From NCBI GenBank assembly GCA_043228905.1, contig JBHGNT010001210.1, positions 1 to 10,952 on the forward strand: DNA of 10,952 nt. Direction: 5' to 3'. The position numbers and the translations under genes were made by a program. A model generated the notes under the pieces. The model did no database searches, had not been told where the DNA came from, and saw only the letters and a program-made list of their open reading frames with translations. The DNA is from Azolla caroliniana. Its lineage: Eukaryota; Plantae; Polypodiophyta. Position 1 is the stretch's first letter. The number at the start of each line of letters is the position of its first letter. Shown piece by piece: positions 1 to 10,300 of the stretch.

Positions 1-1159
1 AATCAATGTCTTTGTGGGGCCATGTTGTGGGCACTTGTACAAGGGCTACCAATGTTGTATGAGAATGAGGATGTTGTCGATACTCTGAGACATGGATGCA
101 AAACAAATATACCCTTGAATCCAAAAATATCGACTTGTAAAACTAAATACAACAATTGCTAAGTAGTATTAGGATTTGATATATTTGGAAGGCAAGGTGC
201 TTGAAGGTATTCCAAAATGTGACAAAAAGGCTTGTTTAGATCATTATCAGAATTTGGATAAAGATTGTGCATAAACTAAGAGATCGTTTGGATAATATAG
301 AAGATGACGCTGAGCAAGAAGATATTGCAATGATTAAAGTGTCTTGCCATATGAAATAAAGTACAATGTTATATACAATGCCAAAGGGGAGGAAATGTCA
401 AACAATCATGCCTTGAAAAGCTAAAGTCTCAACATGAAAAGGAGGCATGCATCATATCTAGTGACGAACGTATGCCAAAAGCACCATTGTCAAAGACAAT
501 GTTTGTACATTCAATATTTAAGATGATACATTCAACTACTTCAATACAGTAAGTGGAAATGATAATGACTTTTAATAGTCTTTTTCAAGTAGTTGGAAGT
601 GGGATAATTCTGGTGTGGAAATTGGATGTGGGGAAATTCATGATGTTTGTGTTATGAGTCTTTCACATATAGGACTACATTGTGTGTCTAGGATTGCTCC
701 AACGACAATCATTTCTCACATGGCTTCAATACAAATTGGCTCATCCACTGAACCTTATGAAAGCACAAGTGATTCATATATACGTTGTTGACAGTCTCAC
801 ATACATGAACCAACATTCCTTATAAAGAATTCTTCCTATCCACATTAATAAGGAATTTTAAGATGATAGAACAGAATGAAAATGTGCAAGCTTACATGAA
901 AACCTTAGCTCATTGCCAAATTTCATTGTTTTGATTTTACCATGAGTTTGGGGTTTTGTTGGAGTCATCACATATGTCTTGTATTTGGCTCTTCAATTCA
1001 CTACAAAGGCCTTTCATATCCCACTCTAAATTTTTTACAAGGATACCGCATCAATGCATCCTCATACGACACTACATTGAATTACTAGTGTTAACACAAC
1101 AAAATATGCATCCACTAAGGATTTTCTGAATTAGATAGAATTGACTTCCCTAAATATAG

Positions 1160-1530
1160 AAAAAACCTAATGAGCTAACCTTGGCTAATAAAAGAGGTAC
1201 ACTATGGAAAGGCATATATATCGCAACAATAGAAATCAGAGAGAAGAAAAGTGAACATATTCCCCACCAAGGTACATCTGAATTTCCAAAAGACTCAAAG
1301 ACCCCATGAATTAGTTGACTAGAGCTAATTAGAGGTACACTAAGAAAATATATATACCCCTTTTCTTACCATACTTCTAATTAGCCCAAGTCAATTCAAA
1401 AACATGCATGCACTTCGAATTCAAAGGACACAAAAAACCCCATGAGTTGACTTGGGCTAATTAGAGATACACTAAGAAAGGGCATATATATGGCAACAAC
1501 AATAATGTGAGGAGAATAGTAAGCATATAT
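1160..1530. repeat. Cluster of four related units, three direct and one inverted
   Basis: A core like TGAGTTGACTTGGGCTAATTAGAGGTACACTAAGAAA occurs at ~1171, ~1312 and 1443 on +, and inverted at 1349-1398. Confidence 0.8.
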
Positions 1531-1926
1531 AAGCAAAAGGACAAAAAAAAAATTCCATACTTTACCAGAATGATTACAATAATGGAGGGCTACAACCTAA
1601 CAGCAAAAGAGCTCCAGCACAGGTGGATCAGACATAGCAAGTGCTTAGGATGGAGAAGAGACAGATCCTACAGAGAATAAAGTGCCATTCCGCTTAAAGG
1701 TTGGGAGAACTCCCTTAGGACAGGTAGATAAAAGTAAATATGAGTGTCTTCCTATGCTTTCATACACTCCCAACGACACTCATAATTCAGAGTAACCCCG
1801 CTCCACCCAGTACCACTTTCCCTGGGCTTTTTAATTCAATGTGTATAAAAGAATACAACCCAACTTGGAATAGCAATCACATCGCATCATGAGAGTCTTG
1901 CTTCAGGTCCTGCATATAAGCACATA

Positions 1927-1942
1927 AGAGAGAGAGAGAGAG
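1927..1942 (+). repeat. (AG)8 microsatellite
   Basis: Direct reading of the sequence. Confidence 0.9.
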
Positions 1943-2269
1943 ACAAGGAGATCAGTTGAGGATGTCATTGAGGAACACTCAATAGTGATTAGGGTATTGA
2001 TCGCGCATGCACCCTAATTGTGAACGTTGGCATACAATAAAAAGAAGATTCGCATTCAGACATACATGACATTATGCAAGTGCTTGTGAGCTGAATTATT
2101 TATGGAGACTCACACTCTGGAGAGCTTCAGTGTATAGTGTGTCTGAGGTTGTGTGGTGGGAGTATTGGCTAGCTAAGCCTCAGTTTCTAACCAAACAAGG
2201 AATTGACCAGCACCCGTCTTTGAGTGGCATGCAACATGTTGCACAATCACTCTAGAGGCATATTCCATG

Positions 2270-3650
2270 GAAAGACATTGGAGTCTTCGAGGCAGCGATA
2301 TGCGAACTTCTAGAGATATTGAACCCACATTTATCTCTACCAGAGAGCTTACACAGATTTTGGGAGAGGAAGTTAAAATACAAACCATTAATCACAAATC
2401 CTCTTTTGATGCCTCGTCAGAAAAAAGAAATCTTTTTTAGCTCAGATTGAAACAGAATTTTATGAGATGTTCATGAGCCAGGATTATTGAGAGGCATGGG
2501 AACTAAGAAAACATTCCTCATCACCAAATATGTAAAATTCATTGATAGATCATACAGGAAAGATCCGATATCAAGATGCGCATGTTGTAAAGGACATCAT
2601 ACGTGCCCTAGATGTGCTTGCTGAGCTGGCAGCCCATATGTTTGACAAAACCACATGATAAGGTTTTCTTCATGGTTGAAGCATCACATGATTGTCTACA
2701 CTCATATACATCTAGGACTCCATAAATGCCCTAGATGTGCTTGCAGCGCTTGCAGCTCTTATATTTGACAACACATGATAAGGTTTTCTTCATGGTTGAA
2801 ACATCAACATGATTGTCTACACTCATATCTGAAGACACAAGATCATGATGTACATATTCTAAAGCACTTAATTGAGGCCTTAGATGTGCTTACAGAACTC
2901 ATAGCTCTTTCTGTAATAAAACCATATGAAAAGGATTTCTTGATAGCTGACCACTCACATGATTGTTTACATTCGCAGGAGATCCTGCTCTATTAACAAA
3001 CTACTGCACCAGCATGATAGGTCATGGCCTGTCCAAGCTATATGCCTCTATACTAGAGCACAATTTTAGTTGTGCTGAGCGAACATAAAACATTCTAGGT
3101 GACGGGCATTCATGATTTTTGAGAAGATTCTCAATACTACATTATGCGCTTAGTCTTGCATCATAGAAAAAGCCAGATCATAGTCTCTAATACGAGATCT
3201 CAAGGAGTTGGGAATATCAACACCTATTTCCACCTAAGGACAAGATAAGATAGGATATATGAGTTCCTATACAAATCTCAGAGTCAGATCCAACCTTCTA
3301 CATGTGAGGGGTTGGAGGGTTCAGATTATGAGCAGATATGCAGCTCTATGAGGATTGGAGCAGGTCAGTATAGTCAAATCAATTCCTTTTTAAGTTGCAT
3401 GGTTGCAGTATGCACAAACTATCCTGAAGGACTCACTGGATGCACCATCACTTACGTCGACTCACTTGAAGATTGATAAGATTATTAGGCAGGATCTTCT
3501 CCCATGGATGGTTTTCAATTGAGACAATTTCCTCAACGCACCACAGGATGCCTTTATACTATGTCCTGCACATGTATATCCACTTGTCTCATGGCTTCTG
3601 TTGTGGTATTGGCCGGCTTGCAGGAGCTGATATTGTCGCCATCAGATAGA
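2270..3650 (+). pseudogene. Decayed coding-like region of unknown family, probably TE-derived
   Basis: Protein-like stretches broken by stops and frameshifts (e.g. DIGVFEAAICELLEILNPHLSLPESLHRFWERKLKYKPLITNP) run into the HDCLHS repeats. No introns and no recognised domain. Boundaries are approximate. Confidence 0.35.
2572..2974 (+). repeat. Three-copy tandem pseudo-coding repeat (periods 123 and ~149 nt)
   Basis: GCCYTAGATGTGCTT recurs at 2605, 2728 and 2877. Each copy is followed by ATGAnAAGGnTTTCTT and CATGATTGTYTACAYTC. Confidence 0.9.
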
Positions 3651-4228
3651 ACTATCATATTGTTCATAGGATAACTTGCATCCCAATCGAGAGATGAAAC
3701 ATATCAGATTATTTAACATTTTGCAGATGTTAATATGGCATTTCATTTTATTTCTTGCTCAATGGAGTATATGCTAATTAATTGCGTCACACAGATCGAG
3801 TTACAAATTAATTAGCTCACAAGAGATGAAACATGGTTGATTATACTGGATCTGAGGGATAATTATAGCTTGACTAGAAATTAACAATTCCATGATGTGA
3901 GGAATAATATTTAATTGAAATACAATAATGTAATTTTGTTTTCCAGTATACACAAAAACATCGTACTAAAAATTACCAAAATCTAAACAAACGGCTAAGG
4001 ACAGAATCTGATTCTTCGTGTCAAATTATTTGTACATATATGTCCGATATAAATTTAGCAGAAACCATTTGTTGAAAATAGAATTCCTACTCTCAAAATG
4101 CAGATCCAAAATCATGCAATACTACTAGCACAAGCTTTTATGACTACAAGAAGAATAGCATAAAAGCATACCAAAACTACCAACTGTTAATAAAAAGTAG
4201 CACATTTTGAACCTTGATATGCTTGAAT

Positions 4229-4321
4229 CTACATAATAGTGCACCAGCCTTTCTTCACTTCTGGAGTTGCTGCCTGTAGCTGGGTCGGATTGTATGAAAA
4301 TTCCTTGGTATCCAGTCCATA
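4229..4321 (-). CDS. TOM2A: TOM2A-like last coding exon (93 nt, CaaX end)
   Basis: Acceptor CTTCTTCAG|TAT. Encodes YGLDTKEFSYNPTQLQAATPEVKKGWCTIM, with the TAG stop at 4231-4229. Confidence 0.92.
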   Translation of the reverse strand, partial: YGLDTKEFSYNPTQLQAATPEVKKGWCTIM

Positions 4322-7300
4322 CTGAAGAAGCATAGATGGATCATACATCTCAAGTTAGAACGATACAGATGAATAATAAAACAATTAAGAACATACTATT
4401 ATTACACCTTTTCTCTCATCCTTGTACTCCATGCATCTGTTCGAGCAGGACGATTCTCAGTAGTAGTTGACGCAACAGTTCCAGTGGTTTGCCTGTTTAA
4501 TAAAGGTTGCCGACTTGTTGTTCTTGGGGCCACATATTCATCATCGCTGTCGTAACCTCGTGCATGATTTCCTCCCAAAGCTCGCAAAATAACAGATAGA
4601 AGTAGAGCAAATGCCTGCACTCAATAATTTTAATATTTCCAACTAAGCTTATATGTAATTTGAGACATTAACAATCAAGTGTAAACACAGCCGAGATATG
4701 TTAGGAACATCCTAAACAAAAATATTTCCATAAAGTACTCCTCTAAGATGGGTGCACAATATTCCATGCATATGCAACCACAGCTAGAGTAGTGATTCCA
4801 CTCAGAAGCCAATATGTACATAAATTAACTTGTTACTGCTGAGTACATGCCACCTCTGATGCATATAAGATGAGTCAATAATGGAGTTCTTCCCTACATA
4901 GTTTTCTCTCTGTAACAAATGTAACCTTAAGTTGTCAATTTTGCATATAAGGCCATGCAATTAGTTGTAAGATTTTGAATATAGCAATGACTACAGTAAG
5001 AATTATCAACCACAAAAGATTTTTTTCTCTATGCAGAGTTATCCATGTATATATAGGTACATACATGCAAAACACAGAAAACGTTTCCCTAGAAATGCAC
5101 AAGATATATATCCCAAGTTTACACTGCAACGCCAAATGAAAAAACAGCCCCACTGAAATTTATTCGCATCATAGACATCAAGGGAGAAAAATGATTATAA
5201 AGCATCAGTACCTGCAGGATGACTGCCCCCAAAGCCACCCATTTAAAAATCCCAATCTTGTCCTCAATGAAGTCCTCTATGCTCTCCAGCTCTCCAGTTG
5301 AATCACTCGGTATTACCTACAATTACTTGTACACTTTAACGTTGTTTACTAACATATGGAGACCACAACACTGAACATGGCTTAAGTAAAAGGCGATACC
5401 TCCTGCCAATCGTCATAGAAGTAAAGAAAACCTCCAAACGCAAGCTCTATGAGAATTAAAATCCCAATAAAGAAAGAATACTGTCTTAATTGTTAATAGA
5501 AACAAAACATTCGGAACAAAGGTTATTGGAGAACTCCAAGAAAGAAATAGCACATAAGTATAAGGATACACAAGAAAGACAGCATCCATTTGTTGTTGCA
5601 GCTGCAATGTAGCCAGAACATGTAATCAAGGTAATTACAGCCCCAACAGCTACAAATACACATAAGAACCTGTAAATGAATATATAATGTTACAGTCTGA
5701 TGGTGTCACGAATCAAATAAAAATAACACATAAAACAAAGTTCCTTTCAATTCTATTGTAGCACAATGAGGGATCATGATTACTAGATAAACTTCCCATT
5801 CCTAAACTGAAGTTGTCACCATTATTAATGTTCACAAGTGGAGCTCTAATGATGCTCTAACAGTCATCTTCAATCTTCAAACACTTAGACATGACTTAGA
5901 GAAAACCAGTTTCCTCAAAGTGCCGTAAAACCAACAGTTTCTTGAAAACTGCCAAGTGTTGTAATGTTCTAGCCACAATCCAAACAGGTACAGAGCTAAA
6001 ATGCAAACTGCATGGGGGTGAATCACAAGTATTGACTTTAGAAGATTTCGTGAGTTACATGGTGTAAGGAGCAAGGTAGCAGCTCCATATACACTCCTAT
6101 TTTAATGGCTTGGCTTAAACAATATAATAGGAAAGCCCATAAGAGGGTGAGAAGCATGTTCACAGCTAATCTCCCTTGAGGCCTTTGGGGAGACGTGAGA
6201 GTTTGCAATGCAAGAAGAAATAAAAGTTCTGCATGGAAATACATGTAGGATTTGGTTCAACTGCTCAAGAATCAGAATGATATACCTGATAGCTGGGTGG
6301 ATAAAATCAAGACTATGGATAGGAAACCCAAAGACAAAGCACACCTGGTTGCAAAAGGTTATGTACTCCCCTGTATTCAAAATGAACACCCTGTGGACTT
6401 TATTTTCTCTCACAGCATCTATGAACTTGGAGCTTTTGGAGATGGATGTAAACAGTGCTTTTTTGCATGGTAACATTGAAGAAGAGCTATATATGAAACA
6501 GACATGCTTTTGCAATTCCTTGCAAGGAACAGTTAGTTTGCAAACTCGAGAGGCATCTATATGGGCTGAAACAAGCTTAGAAACTGTGGTACAAAAATAT
6601 TTATGCTTATATGCTATCCCATGGGGTTAAAAGGAGCTGTGCAAATCAATGTCTATACAAGAAAAGAGATGTAGATAGCAGGCCCACCATTTTGCTGGTA
6701 AAAAGAGAATAGTACTTACTCTTCATAACCTTACATACCAGGTAAAAGCAGTGGTTTCCATGGTAAACATACCTTGGGTATGAAGACAACGAGGAATTGG
6801 CAGAAGCAGCTGCTTTATGTATCCTGAGAAGTAGATTTAAATGATGCTTGAAAGGTTCAACATAAATTATGCAAACACCCTAAGTGCACCTTTGTGGCTA
6901 CATGTCAAATTGGGTGAAAAAGTCTGCCCAAATGATGATGTGGCAATCAATCAATTAGCTGAAGACTACCATATGCGTCAGATCGTGGTTCTTTGATGTA
7001 TGTCATGTTTACTAAAAGAGCAGGAATTGCACATGCCATGGGAGTTAGCAGGCTCATGGCTAATCTTAGCAAGGCACATTAGGAAGCCATGAAGTCAATT
7101 ATGAGATATTTCAAGGGGAAAAAAAGTAATGTCTATGTTAGGTGAAGGGTTCATTGAAATTACAAGAATTTTGTGACTCTAATATGGTAACTGATGTGAA
7201 TGTTGGCGTAAAGGCCCTAAATGACCCCCTTATAGTGTGTACATGTGTATAGGCCTAATTATAAAGGCCAAAAGTCACGTATCACGTATTCTTTTTCTTT

Positions 7301-10300
7301 TGGGCCAAGTTCAGTGTGAACATGGCCAACCCTAAATGGGTCATATAAAACATAACCTTAGAACTTTGGATCTCACGAGTCACTTCAAAGGTGAGCTCCT
7401 CCAACTGTTGCTCTCTCTATCTTTTCAGCCATTGCTCTACTATAGCACCAAAAGCGCCCATAATTGGGTGACTCTTGAATGTTCCTCAGCCCTATCGACA
7501 TCATTTCTGACCCTTTCAATTGGTATCAGAGCAAGGTTTAGGGTTTCAGAACTGCTGCGTAGGTGCTATACAGCAAAGAAAAGGTGTTCAGACCTCTTCA
7601 TTGTGCAACTATGGTGTCATGTTCCTCAGATGTGAAGAATCTTTTTGAGATTTGCCAATTTGAGGGAATGGGTTTCAACTTATGGAAGGAGAGAACGCAA
7701 GGAATTCTCTTTCTGAAGGATTGTGACAAGGCATTGGAGACAAAAACCAGAGGACATGTCCAAAGATGCATGGCGGATTTTGAACAAAAAGGTTGTCACA
7801 TACATTAAGATGGTTGTTTCTTATGAGATTTTCGTACATCTCAAAGGCTTGGTATTTGCCTCCAAAATATGGGCAAAGTTGAAGGCTACATATGAAAACA
7901 CTACGCCTGTTAATCAACTACACCTGATGCGAAAGCTTGTTGGCATTCAGTTGGATGAGTCCAAGAGTGCAGCTGAACACTTGTCCTTGTTTACAGGTAC
8001 ATTATCACAGGTGCAGGAATGGCTCCTTTTGATGACAAACTCAAAGCCATTTTCTTGCCAAAAGTCAATTCTTTTATTTTTGCGCCAAGTTCAGTGTGAA
8101 CTTGGCCAACCCTAAATGGGTCATATAAAACATAACTTTAGAACTTTTGGATCTCACTTCAAAGGTGAGCTCCTGATGTACACTATGAGTTGTCGTCCTA
8201 TCATCTCCAGAGCTTTCTATAGCGCTATTTTTACTCGTACAAACATTATACTTTGATCATTTGGGTTTTGGGCCATTTGGATATTTTAACCTGTTCACAC
8301 ACTATCCAAGTGGCCAGAGTGCCCATTTTACTACAATGATGTCCCAAAATCAGACTCGGGATTAAAAGTTGAATGATCCCGAGCAACTATAGGACATCCA
8401 TGATTGGCCATCACTTGGCTAAACTACATGGCTCAATCCTAGAGTTAGATTTGAGTATATGGGTACAGTGAAATGGCTGCCATTCAGCTGGAGAGTCATG
8501 CTTTCAAAAGGGGTTCACAACTTTGCATCACATATTGACCCTCCGAGCTCTTATCAGATAAGGCAGAGCCCATAAAAAGAGGATTTGTTGTTGCTTGGTA
8601 GGTTTATGAAAAGCCTTTGGTACTATGTTGCATGCTCGGCTTATGCAATGTCTAGAAGCCCTTGGTGTCCCTATCAGATATGCGATGGGGAATCTATGCA
8701 TTGTATGAATCTGTATCAGGGAAAGTGTGGTCTCCCAATGGTTTGACAAAGGCTGTGGCTCGCACAATCGGAGTAAAACATACCTGCCATCCCAAGTGCT
8801 TCCCTCACTTCGGAGACCTCTCCATTCGAGATTAACCTAAGTTAGAGATCTTTCAAAGACCAAAAATACAATATATCTGACTTGACACTCTTAGATGTAC
8901 AGATAACAAGATTTTTTAGTTTCATTTTCATCTTATTTACTTTTTTTTACTCGGTAACATTTATTTAATTTGATTGGTTGTTCTCAAAGACGAGACAACA
9001 CTTCAGATGTAATCTCTTGTTTGGTCTTATGGGCCATTTTGGCCTCTTAAAAGACGTTAATATATCTTTTCTTTCTTTTTTCTCTCTCTTTCTCTCTCTT
9101 TCTCACACCAACTCTGTTCATCGGCACCTTCAAGGATTCATCAGAACTGCATTAGGATTCAGGGCATAAATTAATGCATCAATCGTGAACCTCATTACCA
9201 CTTCCCCCATGACAAGGCTCATCATAACTCTTTAGAAATCTATTAGACTTAAATTCCCATGATCCACTTAGTTATTGCACTAAATTCTAATTTTTCCCAA
9301 TGTTATTGCCCAACAGTCACCAAGTGACTTCATCTAGCAACCAAACCTACTATTCTCTATACTCCCAGGGACAGTAGACCACCGCTTTAGAGGCCACGGG
9401 ATGTATCTCAAGAGATGTTTCTCATAGAATTCCGTGTGCATCAAGGAGGAGATTCCAATAAAGCTGAGGTTTCAGAGAGATCCCTACATTTATGCAAGGA
9501 TGAAGAGAGAAGTCATGGGCCTCAAACAAGAGATAGACCAATTCTTCAATGAAACATGTTTTTTTGTTAGTCACAAAGCCTTATAGTGAAAAAGTCCACC
9601 TTTTTAGTAATAAAACAAGGTAAGCTCCTTTTTTCAAGAATGCCAAGTCATTTTTAATAATAAAATAGACACAGCTATAGTTTCATCCTTCATCCCGAAC
9701 TGTCGGCTTTCAATGACTTTCCACTCAAGGATTCTCAGAACAATAGACAAACACGAAACTCCTAACAAATTATTGTGCCACACAATTTGAGCTATTTATA
9801 GTGTATTGTAGAGTTAGTGAAAGAATTTTTACATGACCAAGTTGCCCCTCCCAGCCTCCCATATTTGCTCGGTAATTCCCAACTATTATTGTCAAACATC
9901 TTGGGATGCATTGATTGAAAATGTCATTGGGGGAAGAACAACCAGTTATGCCATTGTCCTAAATCATATACATGCACTCCTTTTGGCGATAAACTAGGTT
10001 AAACACAAAGGGATCCACTCTCTGCTTCCATTTTTTAAGGAAATCAGAACTAATATCAACTGTTACCATAAAATCCTTCAAATTTTACATCTGGCCTAAT
10101 GTTGAAGAAAGTAAAATCATCTGAAAAGGTTCAGTCCATGTAAGACTAGTGAAACCGAATGTTCTAACCTGGCGTTCTTCATATCTTATCTAGCATTTTG
10201 AAACAACCATTTGAATCAATGAGATCAGCAGAGAAAATCCCAATGGATGCCACACTTATATCCATGCTAACAACATAAGTCATCATTACTGAAAATAACA

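Larger units (their letters stand above)
7201..8174 (+). mobile_element. Internally deleted copia LTR retrotransposon (5' LTR-PBS-gag fragment-partial LTR)
   Basis: A TG...CA LTR, a tRNA-iMet PBS, a copia gag N-terminus and a second partial LTR copy occur in this order. Confidence 0.88.

Noticed and set aside
1988-2018. 8-bp inverted repeat ATTAGGGT...ACCCTAAT
   Set aside because: Too short to distinguish from chance.
2572-2974. Repeats here and at 1160-1530 as CRISPR-like arrays
   Set aside because: Eukaryotic context, long degenerate units, no unique equal-length spacers and no cas genes.
3690-3834. 13-bp direct repeat AGAGATGAAACAT (3690 and 3822)
   Set aside because: Short, with only weak flanking similarity; no element structure can be supported.
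4935-5153. 72-aa hydrophobic ORF in intron 4 as an extra exon
   Set aside because: Exons 4 and 5 join directly in the conserved frame. T-rich intron sequence yields hydrophobic translations by chance.
5392-5399. Intron 3 donor GTATCGCC as a second U12 site
   Set aside because: It matches only GTATC and lacks the CCTT of the U12 consensus. It is preceded by a U2-typical AG, so I treat it as U2.
5413-5607. 64-aa minus-strand ORF
   Set aside because: Out-of-frame read-through across exon 2, the U12 intron and exon 3.
5877-6515. Minus-strand ORFs 5877-6074, 6038-6244 and 6102-6515
   Set aside because: Antisense shadows of the copia RT and its flank, with no recognisable protein.
7336-7635. 99-aa ORF across the LTR and PBS
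   Set aside because: It spans non-coding LTR/PBS sequence; chance ORF.
7193-8179. GATGT at 7193-7197 and 8175-8179 as a target-site duplication
   Set aside because: The left copy is 3 nt away from the LTR TG and the right LTR is truncated, so the geometry is not that of an integrase TSD. Likely chance.
8528-8767. 79-aa minus-strand ORF
   Set aside because: Antisense to the LINE RT fragment.
9065-9110. CT-rich tract and the overlapping 63-aa ORF (8978-9169)
   Set aside because: Low-complexity degenerate microsatellite; the ORF is a by-product.
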